A stretch of 64,000 bases of DNA from Camelus dromedarius (GCF_036321535.1 NC_087437.1:15812001-15876000), one strand, 5' to 3'; counted from the stretch's first letter, positions 26,850-38,560 are shown. The notes: generated by a model not told the origin, from the sequence alone. A program made the numbers and translations.

Positions 26850-26990
26850 GCACCTCTGAGCTCTCGTTTTCACATCTATAAAATGTAGATAATAACCACC
26901 TCTCAGCGTGGTGATGAGCTAATGTTGGTAAGAGGGCTTGAAACACCGTAACTTGCTACATCTAAGTGAGATGATTATTATGTTTACCTA
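26850..26990 (+). mobile_element. MIR SINE
   Basis: 'cctctgagctctcgttttcacatctataaaatgtagataataaccacctctcag'. Confidence 0.65.
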
Positions 26991-27099
26991 TTTTTATTCC
27001 ACTTCTTGAGTGCTTATTTTTCGTCCAGGTCTTTAAAGCAAACATTTTAAAGACATCCAAAATGGAACAGGTCAAGGAAGTGGCCACAGGGCCTCTTTT

Positions 27100-27255
27100 C
27101 AGCCTTTGTTATCTCCGGCTGGAAGGGAGACTGTTGCCTCCTCCCCCTAACTAGCCTCCCAGCACCCAGCACAGGCTCCCTGCACCATCCTCCACACAGC
27201 CTCCAGGGGGCGCTTTCCGAAACCGTGCCCACAATCTTGTCATCTTCCTGCTCTA
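27100..27255 (+). mobile_element. L2 fragment
   Basis: 'cctaactagcctccc...ccatcctccacacagcctccag...ttgtcatcttcctgctc'. Confidence 0.5.
27197..27215 (+). promoter_or_regulatory. Candidate CTCF motif
   Basis: CCTCCAGGGGGCGC matches the core CCASYAGRKGGCRS at 13 of 14 positions. Motif only, no binding data. Confidence 0.35.
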
Positions 27256-27609
27256 CACCCTCAGCTCTCACAGGACGCATGTAGGCTGAGTTCTGTGCTA
27301 TGCAGGGAGCTGGGCAGGAGGAGGGTAGGGCACAGTCCTGTCCCCTGGCTTATGGCCTGGGGCTCCTCTGCCTCTGCAGGGTGAGAGTCACGGCTCCCCA
27401 TCTTCTGGAGCTATCCCCTGTCCCCTCCTCAGCAAGCCCCAGGCGAAACTCCCAGCGCTGAATGGCCAGTGTTGTCCTTGGGACACACTCAGGCCAGCAC
27501 AGGCTGGTGCTGGGCCCCCTGCCCTCTCTGCTCCCTCCATCCCTCCTGATCTACCAGTTTCTTGCCCAGCCTGCATGACTCAGCCTTTGGAGAAAGGCAA
27601 GGGATGGAT

Positions 27610-28040
27610 ATTCCACTCAAAATAGCTTAAAGGAAAGGGGGATTTATTGATTCACAAAACTAAAAAGTTGTGTGTTTACTGGATGCAGGTGCTCAGGCAA
27701 CACCAGGACCTTACCTCTCCCATCTTGTGTCTCTGCTGTCTTCCCTGGAAGCTTCATTCTTAGGCAGGACCCCAAAGTGATGGCAAAGACGGACACCCAC
27801 AAGTTCAGGAGTGAAATGTAGACAGTGTGCATCACTGTCGGCTGGTTTGGGTCATGTGACCGACCATCCCTTGTGGCTGGGGGTAATGGGCTAGGATGGG
27901 GCGGATGTTTGGGGCAGGATGGGGAGGGTGTGAGCCTGGTTGGATCCTATAGACTGAGAGTCGGGGGGAGTAGTTTACTGGAGCAGAATCAGGTGCTCTT
28001 ACTAAAGAAAAGGACGTAGATGCTGGGCAGCCGGCACAGC
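27610..28040. mobile_element. Old MLT1 (MaLR) LTR
   Basis: 'ccactcaaaatagcttaaaggaaagggggatttattgattcac', 'gcttcattcttaggcagg', 'ttgggtcatgtgacc', 'gatgctgggcag'. Confidence 0.6.
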
Positions 28041-29849
28041 AGGTTCCAGCCCGCCTTCCCCGACTGCTTGCACCGCCCCAGAGGGTCACGTGCCGCCCAC
28101 CTGGCCTGCTGCTCTTATCACCGTGGAAGGAGTTTTCCCTCTCGCGCCTGTTTCTCCCACTGCCCTGTGAGCTGGGGCGTCGGTTCCCTTCAGCTCTGAC
28201 TCCTCACCACCCGATCCTGTGAGCCCATGGAGGCCCATCCTCAGGCTTGCACACAAGTGGAGTCACACTGAGAAGAGTCTGGAATCAGATGGCAGACCTG
28301 GGGTCGATGCTAACGGTAACAGGTGTGGGCCCTTGCCGTGCACACCGGTCCAGGTCCTGAGAGTCCTGTGGTCTGATAAGATCCCCCATTGGGGGCCACT
28401 CCTTTGTGTGCTGAGACTGTCATGTCATGGACGAGATGCCTGGAGGCCCTGAGCTTTGGACGAGGATGCTGCCCAGCAAGGATGGAAATGAGTGGTGCAG
28501 CTTCAGAGGAGCTGGTCTGCTCCTGGTTGGGGAGGAATCCACCCAGCCGCTGGCACCGCAGCCCCCAGGGAGCAGGGCTGGACCCAAAGCTGTGTCCCTT
28601 CCTGGTTGAGCACCTCTCCTTGTCCTCCTCAGACCCTCAGGGCTCCCTCTGTGATATCCGTCAGCCCCCTTTGATGGTAGCCGAGCTCACGCAGGACACT
28701 ACCTTCTTAAAGGCACCAACTCTAGAAACAGTGTCACCATCTGTCAGGAGAAGGATAGTAGGAAAATTGTGTCTAATTACAAAAACCCCAAAGTGTGTGA
28801 ATAATTCGTTCACCTCTTTAACAAACTGTAGGGGTTGAAGGTTATTCCCTGTAGCAACTTTCCCTCCTGCACACGTGCTTTCCTGTGGGGGAGGGGAGGG
28901 GTGGCTCCACCGTAGGGGCTGGGGACTGTGTGTTACCTGCAGCCTCTTGTACCCGTGGTGCCGCCCCCCTACCTGGGGACCCTGGGGACGCTGTGCCTGG
29001 CAGTGTCACGCATGGAGGCAGGGATTCAGGTGAGACCCACTGCAGTGTCCTTCCTCTTTCCCTTCAGCAGCAGGAGTGGCCCCTCCCACCACCAGTTCAG
29101 CCCTCAGTGCCACCAGGTCAGGTCGGGGTGAATCACACGTAGTCCCCATGGGGGTGGCTGGGGGAGGGCCAGCCCGCCCCCACCTCTGCCTCTGTGTGGA
29201 GATTACCACCAGCCCCTCAGTGATGGTGATGGTGGACACTGAGTGTCCCAGGTGAGGATGGCCTCGGGAAGGCTGGGACTTCCTGGAGAACCTTCTGGCC
29301 CTGTCTCATTGATCTTTCTGAGGGGTATTTGTATATCGTGAATTCAGAACAAGTTTCAGGCTGTTCTTCGAGCAGTTTCTTAAGAAAATGGCCAAGTGAA
29401 ATGAGCTATTCCGAATAATTCATTTTCCTTCTTCCACGTTTAAATGTGCTCTTCCTTTAAATGGAGAAGCAGCCAGATGTGGAATGGGGAGAGTTGGCGG
29501 CTCCCATTAAAGTTATTAAAGGACAAAGAGAGGCTGGAAACCCCGTGAATTAAAAAACTATTGTGTTGGTGGAGGGAACTGACCCCAGGGGCCGGCATCC
29601 GCACCCCTGGCTAGTGAGAGGGGAGCTGCTCACTGAGCACCAGGTGAGTCCACAGGGTGGGGGTGCTGAGCTGCCAGGGGTGGGGCTCTCCAGGCTGTGA
29701 CTTCCTTTGGCTTCCAGACAGCTGGTGGGGAGGGAGGATTTGACCCCTTTGTGGTAACTGATTACAGGATTAGGAGGTTTTCCCAGCCGGGAGCCCAGAC
29801 ACTGAGGGCAGAAGGGACCTCCAGGGCCACGAAACCCAGGGTTGCTCTG

Positions 29850-30215
29850 CACGTCTGTTGTTCACACACTAGTCACCTTGATGAGCTTTTGCCATATGGC
29901 TTTACTACCTGTACCATTGCTGACTCACGTCTTAATAATTTAAGTGCATTCATTTGTAAAAGAAAGTTTAAATCAGTCTAGTACATGGAAAATTGGACAT
30001 ATGCAATCAATGGAAGACCACTGTCAAAATGAATCAGATGAAAAAAAAAACGATGTGAAGCTTTAGCAAAAATCTAAAGCTGGTTTTCTTGTATTTGAGT
30101 GCCAAGTGTTCAACAGCTGTTAAAAAAAACAAATACCACATGCAAACTGAGACTTTCTCCCTTATGGGAATCAGAAGGATTGGAAAGAAGTTAAAAGAGG
30201 CATGCATTTCTCCCT
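29850..30215. mobile_element. Probable decayed hAT DNA transposon interior
   Basis: AT-rich block with 'ttttgccatatgg...tacctgtaccatt' and 'aaactgagactttctcc...aatcagaaggattggaaag', reminiscent of Charlie elements; TIRs not identified. Confidence 0.35.
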
Positions 30216-32519
30216 AAGTCATTCAGTATGATTTAGTGTGGTGTCTGGAGCAATCCTAAGATTGCTTTGAATGTTACAGCGGTGCCTGCCTCCCCGCTCA
30301 CCCGGGAATCTCTGCTTTCCCCACCCTGCCCTCTTTCCTATTTCCCAGAAGGTGTAACTGAGGCTTATAGAGAGAGTAATACACCCGGGGTGCCCAGAGC
30401 TGACCAGAGAGCAGAGTCCAGGTCTCAAGACTGGGAGACTGGAACCGTTGGATCATTGCTCAGCCTGAGAAACCCACATCTGATCCCAATTCCAAGCCAG
30501 AAGCATTTACCAAGCAAAGATTCCATCAAGAAATGCAAAGGGTGGATATTCAGTGGGGGAAATTGGTCTCATTTCCTGAGCTTTAGGGGAAGGGAATCAA
30601 GTTTGGATGAAGTTCTGAAAGTGATAAGACAGGTCGGCAGAGTTGTCATAGAATGATTTATATCAAAACCTCGCCCAATACCATCATTACCAACAAAATC
30701 AAATCCCAAGTGGGCACTGGCAGGGGGCGGGGTCTGACTGGTAGAGATATAAGTGAGGCTGGAAAAAATCCACATACCCCAGAGGACGTCTCAGAGTTGG
30801 AGAACAAACGATAAGGCCTTCTCTGAGCATCCAGGATTCCTATTCCCTGATAACCACCCCAAATGCTGGGCTTTTCCTGACACCGTCTTGCACTCTCTGT
30901 TCTCAGCCTTTTGCATTTGTGTCTTTTGCTTGGGGGCTGGAAGAGGCCTTACAGAAGGAAACACTCTGCCTTGGTCTGAACTGACCTGCATGCAGCAGGC
31001 TGGACAATAAACACAGAACCGAAGGTGACAAGGACGTTGCTGCCCTCCAGCCGTGGAAGGACTGACCGGGAAACATGGGGGTGCCCTGTGAACAGACCTG
31101 GGCTGCTTTGCTCCAGGGCTTCTGTGGAAGTGTGTTTCTGCAGGATATGTGCTTCTTGGTGACACTTTTGGGTTATGAACAGTCTCTTAGGCCAACAAGG
31201 GAGTTTTGCTGAGGAGACACAGGGCTGGTTTGTCCACTGCAGCGGGCACCTGTGGGGTGCAGCCCATGGAAGGTACAGGATGGCTCCACTCTCTCTCCTC
31301 TGTCCACCCCTCTTGCCACTGGCCTGAAGGGTTCCCGGAGCCAGCCAACTGGCAGTGGCCACGTGTTGTCCACCCAGCTGGGTGTTCTTACTGGAGACAG
31401 CAGGAGCCCTCCACATAGCCAAGAGATGGCCCCCACTACTTCAGAGGGCTGGCATTGAGGGCCCATCACCAGGGACCGTGGGCAGACAGCTCGGGCCCAT
31501 CACTCCTCCACCGAGATCCATCTTCTTGGGTCCCCCTCGGAGCATCCAGCCAGAGCTCGGCCAGGGAGGCTGCAGGGGGCGAGCATTTGGGCTGCCGGGC
31601 TGCGTGGCGAGGCACTCTTCACTGATGAGAATCCCAGATGTGTCCTCACAGGAAGGTTAGGCAGCTTGAAATTGGGCTTCTGGGTCCTTCTTTCAAGAAG
31701 GAAGAGATGTTACTGCTTTGTCTGTGAGAGGAAGAGGTGACGTGAGAATTACCACCTGGCCGAGGGTTCTGGGACTTGGGGTGCAGTTAAGGGGAGTAAA
31801 GCTGTTCATCATTGGAGCAGCACCATTCTCACACTCACTTTGGCAGATCAAGGGTAGCAGAGGGGCCCTGGTCAAAACAGTTTGAGCGCTGCTCTCGTGG
31901 GGGATTCTGCGTAGACAGCCTTCACTGGCTGTGGGAGGGCCTTTTGTGAGCAGTGGCTCAGAGCCCTTGTATCAATGTCCCTAATGCAGGGAATAGCATC
32001 TCCCGGGGAGGCAGAGGCCGCAAAAGCTCCGTGGAAAGAGGTGGGGTGTGTGTGTGTTTCATGTGGATGGGTGAATCAGGTGTGTAGCATGTGCATGGCA
32101 GTATGTTTTACGTAGCTGTGTATGTGGTGTGATGGGGCCTGCAGGTATGTGCAGGCAAATAGGGGCTGGGAACTGTCAGAAGGGAGAGCCCACCAAGAAG
32201 CAAAACACAGCCCCCAGGCTGACTTGAGAGAAAGAGGCCTTGGTGGGTGATGGATGACATGCATCCCCATTCCAGAACTACTTCACCTGGGGCCCCACTC
32301 GCCTCAGACTGATGGGGCCACTGGAGAGACCTGCTGGCAGAGGCTGAGTGCCAGCTACCTGTGGAGCTGGGTCAGAAGGGACCTCTCTTTATAAACCAGG
32401 CAAGACCTACAGGGGCGGGAGTCTTGGCCAAGGACGATGACACGTTTGTGTCCATCAGTGGAGTTCCTCAACAGACATCCACACCAGAATGGTAAATAAA
32501 TGAATAGTTGAATTCAGTC

Positions 32520-33372
32520 CCTCAACACAAGCATCGATCTTATTTTTAATCCTTGGAATTCTGACTTCTTAAAAAGAGCTTGCCTTGTCAGGCAGTAGCA
32601 GAGAATGTGGAAGGGGCTGCCTTAACGCCTGGCCATAGCCAAGCACAGATTCCTACAAAGATGACTGAGCAAATGAAAAGAAGGGTTTGCAGAGGGTTAA
32701 TAAAGCTTTATTGCAAAAACCAAACAAAGAATTCATGGAATGATATGATAATGGGGAGCTGTCCAACAATATTCTTTGGGATGCATCCAAGACTGTAATC
32801 AGAGGCAAGCTAATTCAGTACTAATTTCAGGGAAAAAGATGAGGGAAAAAGGGATAATTAGAAAAGAAAATGGAAACACTAGAGGAATCACATAAACATA
32901 AATTAGGTCCCAAAATACTACCACAATTAATCACAGCCAGGGGAGAATCAAATCTCATCCTATCAAGAAGAACTGAATATTTCATAAAGTATACAAAAGA
33001 AGGATGAACCAAGAGGCATGCAGCCAGCCATAACTAAAACAAAAACACAAACAAACTAAAAAAAAATTTGTCAGAAATTAACAACCGAAATGCAAGAGAG
33101 AAATAACATCTTCATTAACCAGTGGGGATGAAAAATGGACTCAGAGAATACAATGAATGCTCATATTCCTCAAAGCCCAATCTCTTTCTATTGAAATTAC
33201 AGCCATAACTTTCAAAAATCTTTTTTTATTTTTCCTCTCTCAGGAGCAGAATGATTCATTGGATAGAAAAAAGAAAAGAGAACAGAGGAAATAATTAAAG
33301 CTATAAAAAAAATTCCCAATTACGAAGCATCCGAGTCCAGATGGCTATAACACAGACTCACTATGAAGAATC
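32520..33372 (+). mobile_element. Ancient L1-clade ORF2 fossil (endonuclease C-terminus to Z/pre-RT region), non-L1M type
   Basis: One frame from 32690 reads QRVNKALLQKPNKEFME*YDNGELSNNILWDASKTVIRGKLIQY*...LEKKMETLEESHK...ARGESNLILSRRTEYFIKYTK...PVGMKNGLREYNECSYSSKPN. With frameshifts it continues LSQEQNDSLD, EEIIKAIKKIPN and APSPDGYNTD. The order is collinear with L1 ORF2 motifs WRLN..LL, LWDA.KAV.RGK.I and PGPDG. Confidence 0.8.
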
Positions 33373-33789
33373 AACGTGTGTGTGTGTAACGGGGCTGGGG
33401 TGGGGGTGCGTCTCTAAAATGATGGAGTTGGAGACCTGGAGATGGATGTGCCGCAATTAGGACTTCTTAGGACTGGAAGGGAACATCCCACACATCAACA
33501 CTCGACTCTGAAGGTGGGGAAACAAGCCACATTCTGTTCCAAGGAGCAGAAACTGGAAACCTGTCCTAAGAAGAACAACTGAAGCAATGAGGACCGACTG
33601 GAGAGGAAAGATCCCGGAGGCAGACGTGAGAGTCACAGCAAGGAGAAGGGCCCCTTGTGCAGAGTTTGCACTGAGTCTCTGATTTGGGCCCTGGCTGTCT
33701 TAAAAAGAAATGTCCCAATGTCCTGCCCTGGGAGATGCTGAGCGCTCCATCCTGAGCAGAGGTTGTGCAGCCTCTTGGCAGAAGTGTTG

Positions 33790-35115
33790 AGGGGGACTCC
33801 AGTACTGAATTGGAAAGGTCCTTTTCAGCCCTTGTGTTATTTAATTCTGAGAGTGTAAGTGGGACCAACTTCACACTCTCCTAGAAAGGACAAGTGTTAG
33901 ATTTAAGATTTTTGGAGGAGGAGAGGGTTCCTTGGCTAGCTTTTAACAGCTGGCCATGAACCCTGAGTTAGCCCTCAAAAAATAAAGGACACTGTTTCTC
34001 TCATGAAGAGGAATTGGAGGTGGTGTGGACCAGGGGGTCACTGCCGGTTCTGAGACTGGACCTTCTCGAGTAACCTCTGGTTACGTGGAGCCTCTGCAGC
34101 TGCTCCCTGCAGGGCGGAGATGCTCAGAGGGCAGGTGTTGCCAGGCCTTGGAAGAGTGGGGCGGAGGTCAAGGGAGAGTAGCTCTTAGGGTCCTTCCTGG
34201 TGCTGGGTACTGTGTTAAATGCATTTTATGCATCATCTCATAGCAACTCTATGAATTAGAGATTGTTTCCCTTGATTTAAGAGGTGAGGAAATGTAGTGC
34301 CCATGAACTTAAGGGCCATACTGCTGCTAGGTGGTTGGAGGATGGGATCTGAGCCCAGGTCCATCCACTCTAGAGCTGTAAGCACGGTCCGGTGATGACT
34401 CCCATTCTGGCCTCGATGCGTCAGGGCCTGCAGCCGTGGTCGGACTCCTGGGCCGTGATGTCTGAATGTCCGAGCAATGTTCCAGTGGCTGAGTCCCACA
34501 TGTCAGAGGCTGTGGTCCCCCTCAGCATGTCGGAGAGCAGTGGTGGTGTGGAGAAGGCAGGATTTGAATGGTCCTTGTTGGGCAGGGCACAGTTGGAAGA
34601 ATTCTGAGTCCGTGAGCAATCACAATTCTATTACTTCCTGAAGCCTCAAAGAAGCCTTTTGTATGCATATGCTTATTATAAATAAATGAGTGTAAGCTTT
34701 CTTTTAACTCTGAAAACACATGCTTGAAGCCACAGCTGCTCAGATGCCGTTCCTGGGGATTCAGAAGTTCATTTGATCAGAAGGTGGTCTGTTCTTGCCA
34801 GAGAGGATGGTGGGTTCTAATTAGCTGGGGTTCAAAGACTGAGTGAGCTTTGGACACCATTCTGTTAGTTAAACAAAATATCAAAAAATCAGCATAAACA
34901 AGCATCAGGATATGAGTTAATAATACCATTTTCTTTCAAAAGATCTCAATGACCCAGACCGTATTTCCTTTGGCTAATTTGAATCTTTGTATTTTAAGAG
35001 GCCAAGGTACTGGGGCATTGGAATAATATAAATGAGTTTCCTCCACTGTGTAGGTTGAACTGTGCCGTACCCACACCTGACACGTGCGAGCACAAGGGAG
35101 GTGCTGGACCAATGA
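33790..35115 (+). mobile_element. Probable reverse-transcriptase continuation of the ancient L1 fossil (heavily decayed)
   Basis: VEKAGFEWSLLGRAQLEEF* (ends 34607; cf. AEKAFDRVEW.YL...LEKFG), same-frame EDGGF*L (34803; cf. DD...YL), SGYEL (34905; cf. SGYKIN), RYWGI (35005; cf. KYLGI) and LDQ* (to 35115; cf. DL.RW). Order is correct and spacing roughly so. Confidence 0.5.
34195..34380 (-). mobile_element. MIR SINE
   Basis: 'gtgctgggtactgtgttaaatgcattttatgcatcatctcatagcaactctatga...gtgaggaaa...gggatctgagcccaggtccatccactctagagc'. Confidence 0.75.
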
Positions 35116-35720
35116 ATAGAAACTGAGCGATCCATCTATTTAGACCTGATCTTTGGAATTGCATTCAATCAGTCAACATGCGTTTATTGAGTACTTAAGT
35201 AAATAAAGGCACCCTGGACTTGACATCAGCCCTTGGAGGAAACACAAGGAGCGGATGCAGCGATTCTCATATTGCAGGTCTGAGAGGATGGCTTTGTTAG
35301 AAATTCCCTGAATAATTAAAGAAAAAGGTTTGGATTCTGATGGTGCAGAGTTCTCTCTGCTTTTTGAGAAGGTTTTAATAAGGAGGGACAAAGAAGATGT
35401 GAAAAAAGATCCAAGAACACCCAGAGATGGACATCTGAGATGAGAAATGCACTGGGTTGGACTGAAGGAAGATGAGGCACTGCAGGAAAGTTGAGTGAAC
35501 TCAAGGACATAGTCCAAAAGGAGACACAGAGGGATGGATGGCTGAAGGGTGATGAACAAACCATCAGTGAACTGTTTGCATTAAAAACAACAACAAAATA
35601 GTACCATGTGTAATGGCAGGAAATATAAACAGCAAAAAAAGTGCAGAATGAAAGTGATAGCCTCTTTCCCCAGTGTGCACCCCGCTGTCTTCCCCAGTGA
35701 TAGTCACTGGTAGCAGCGTC

Positions 35721-35831
35721 TTCCCTCCTTCCTTCCCTCCCTCCCTCTTCCTTCCTTCCTTCCTTCCTTCCTTCCTTCCTTCCTTCCTTCCTTCCTTCCT
35801 TCCTTCCTTCCTTCCTTCCTTCCTTCCTTCC
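35721..35831. repeat. (TTCC)n/(GGAA)n microsatellite
   Basis: About 110 bp, mostly perfect TTCC units. Confidence 0.95.
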
Positions 35832-35918
35832 ATTGAAGTACAGTCAGTTACAATGTGTCTTTCTTTGGTGTACAGCACAATAACCCAGTCATGCATACAC
35901 ATACATACATTCATTTTC
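35832..35918 (-). mobile_element. Short lineage-specific L1 3' end
   Basis: 'attgaagtacagtcagttacaatgtg...tggtgtacagcacaataacccagtcatgcatacacatacatacattc'; homologous to the copy at 45.1 kb. Confidence 0.8.
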
Positions 35919-36549
35919 GTTTTGGTGAGTTTCTTGCGATTCCTTTCAGAAAAGCAAATATGCCCATAGCCACCTCTTTGTATTCGTAGACCTGAGAAGC
36001 AGCTCCGCGTTCGAGGACATTGAACCAGCAGGTGACAGTCAGATCATCTTCTCCAGTTCTGTGCCTCCAGGACTCCCTAACCAAACTTCCTTATGTGCCC
36101 TCCAAGGAATTTTGCAGAACATAACTGATAGTGTGAGAAAGACGGGTTCTGTGGCTTAGAAAGTTTGGGAAAGCTTGGGGACAATGAAGTCAAGGGAGGG
36201 GACAGAGCTATCGCTGACTTGGCTGAGCTTCAGACTCCTGGTGAAGGAGAGAGAGCGGTGTTTCCCAGTCTTGGATCCAGGATCTCATTCAAGGAAGCGG
36301 GTGTGTTATTACTACCAGGGTGCTTCCAGAGTCTCTTGGGGGACCCTGCTCTGCCAACAAATGGGATACAGTGACTTGACTGGAAACAGAACTGAATCTC
36401 CAGCGTGGTTGTGTGTGGGTGGCGTGAGAGAGACAAAGTCACCCAGCTTGCAAGTGATGCTCCTTTCCAATTGGTGAGGACACCGGGGAGGAAATTGGGA
36501 AACGGGGGGAAATAATTAGAGACACAGACTCATGGGGCAACAGACCCAG

Positions 36550-37085
36550 GATAACAGTTATCCATTGCTGCATAGGAACCGCCAACCCCCCCAACTGTAA
36601 TGGCTTAGGACACCAACAGCAAATGACTTCTCATAATTCTGAGCACTGGCTGTGTCTTTTCTCCTCTGGTGTCACCTGGGCTCACTCCTGCAGCTGCATT
36701 TAGCTGGAGGGTGGGGGCTCTAAAGTTGCATCACTCTTGTGTCTGGCAGTTGGTGCCAGCTGTTGGCTGGGGACCTCGTTCTCCTCCATGGGGTCTCTCA
36801 TCTTCCAGGAGGTGCCACTGGGCTTCTTCATGGCACAGTGGGCTCCGTCCAGGCAGAGGACAGGAGTGGAAGTTGTCAGGCCTCCTAAGCTGCCTAATTC
36901 ACACATCACTTCCACTGATGCTGTCAAATTGCAGCAAATTGCAGGGACAGCCCAACTTCAAGGAGGTGGAGAAACAGACACCATCTATTGAGGGAAGGAA
37001 TGGCAAGGTCACATTATAAGAGGCATAGACTCTTATAAGAGGGAGGCTAGATTGACTGGGAGCTGTTATTGTAACCATCCACCAT
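36550..37085. mobile_element. MLT1 (F/G/H-like) MaLR LTR
   Basis: 'agttatccattgctgcata', 'tggctta', 'tgggctcactcctgcagctgcatttagctgg', 'ttcaaggaggtggagaaacagacacc', 'ggcaaggtcacatt'. Confidence 0.75.
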
Positions 37086-38064
37086 GTGGGTTTGGGACAA
37101 AGGGCAGCCAGAAAGAGAATGACATTTGCACAGGAAAAAATAGGAAGTATTTATTTTCATTTACGTCTTTTGGTGTTAGCTCAAAGGGTACCAGAACAGC
37201 TTGTTATAAATCTGAATGATGCAAAGAAGTTGTTTCGGGAGTGATGACGGAGGAAAATCAAGTTTCTGTGGTTTTAACTCTGCAGCATGACCCGTTTGGT
37301 AAGTTAATGAAAGGCTGAGGATGAACGAGACTATGTCCGTGAAGCGCTTCTAGCTCCCTGTGCAGAGAGGGCTGTATCAGTGTTGGAGGAGTCATTAGAC
37401 AGCTGTCAGGATGCCGCTGGACAGAGGGCAGGTCGTATTTTTCACATGGAAGGGTTGGCTTCTGACTTTCAGGGGCCTCCCTGCCTGGATTTGTGTTGAC
37501 TGTTTCATCCACTCCTCTTGGCAAAGAGTGGAGTGAAAACTTTTCCAAGGAAAGGATTTTGCGCTGGGAGAGGACTTGATTGAGCTCCTTTTGCTGGGTG
37601 CGTTTGGTGCGCTGGGTGAAGGGTCCTGTGGAAGGTTCCCACCTCCAGCGCATCCTTGAGGATGGCCCTTCCCTGAGGGCAGCATGAGCACGGCCACTCG
37701 GGGCAACTGAGGCTGGCTCGGCGCGGGCAATCCTGTCCATGTTGGGGAAGGAATGCCCCCTGAGAGGCAGCATCTGTGTTTGCACACAGGGGCAACCAGC
37801 CAGACCACCGGGGACTTCCCATGACCGGGCCGGACCCGGCCTGATGTGCAGGTCACTGACGCTGGGACTAGGCCAGTCTCAGTTCCACACCGACCCGGGA
37901 GGTGTCATCAGTGGGCCCCACCCCGTGAGGGAGAGGGATCCTCTAGGGTCCCTCGGCCTTGGTGAAAGCATTCTATGGGCTGATCCCTTCTAGGAAAAGA
38001 TACCCCTCTTTTCTGGAAGTAAAGTATATTCTCCTGGAGATGTCCATCTTACCCATATGTAATT

Positions 38065-38560
38065 TAGCTTATTCATCAACATTCCGGGCACAGTGCTGGG
38101 AATGGACACATCACAGTGAACAAAGCAGACAAAATCTCTTCTCTCCTAGAGCTTCCGAGAGTATTCTAGAAGGGGAAGGAGGCCAGTGCAGAGGCTCTGA
38201 GGGGAGGAGTGTGGCAGATTCCAGTAGCAGAGAGAAGGTTTGCTCAGGAGGGGGGACTGAGTTTAGGGCCTGAATGCTCAAGAGGTGGGCCAAGGTAAAC
38301 TCCTTAAGAGCCATTTATAGGTCCTGGTGAGGAATTTAGATTTTCTGCTGAGTGCAGTTGGGTGCTGTGGAAGAGATTTAAGCAGGAGGGTGAATGGATG
38401 TGATCTATATGTTTAAAAGATCCTTCGAGCTGTTGAGTAGGGAAGAAAGAGAGGAATCTGTGGGGAGGGGACCAGATGCAGGAGGCCGGGCCTGAGGAGA
38501 TGGTGGCCTGGGCTGGGGGATTATGAACAAGCATGTATTTTTGAGTAGACTGCAAATTCT
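38065..38560 (-). mobile_element. L2 fragments
   Basis: 'gtgaacaaagcagacaaaatctct', 'ggtgaggaatttagattttct', 'tttaagcaggaggg...tgtgatctatatgtttaaaagatc'. Confidence 0.7.

Noticed and set aside
35280..35560. Faint CR1/L3-like motifs
   Set aside because: Too diverged to support by eye.
35564..35969. ORFs with EGRK and PSFL repeats
   Set aside because: Translations of the (TTCC)n microsatellite.
37014..37041. TTATAAGAG inverted repeat and palindrome
   Set aside because: Small local duplication within an MLT1 LTR, with no sign of function.
37258..37856. 175 aa and 153 aa minus-strand ORFs in a CpG-richer patch
   Set aside because: No recognisable homology or splice pattern; cannot be supported as CDS.
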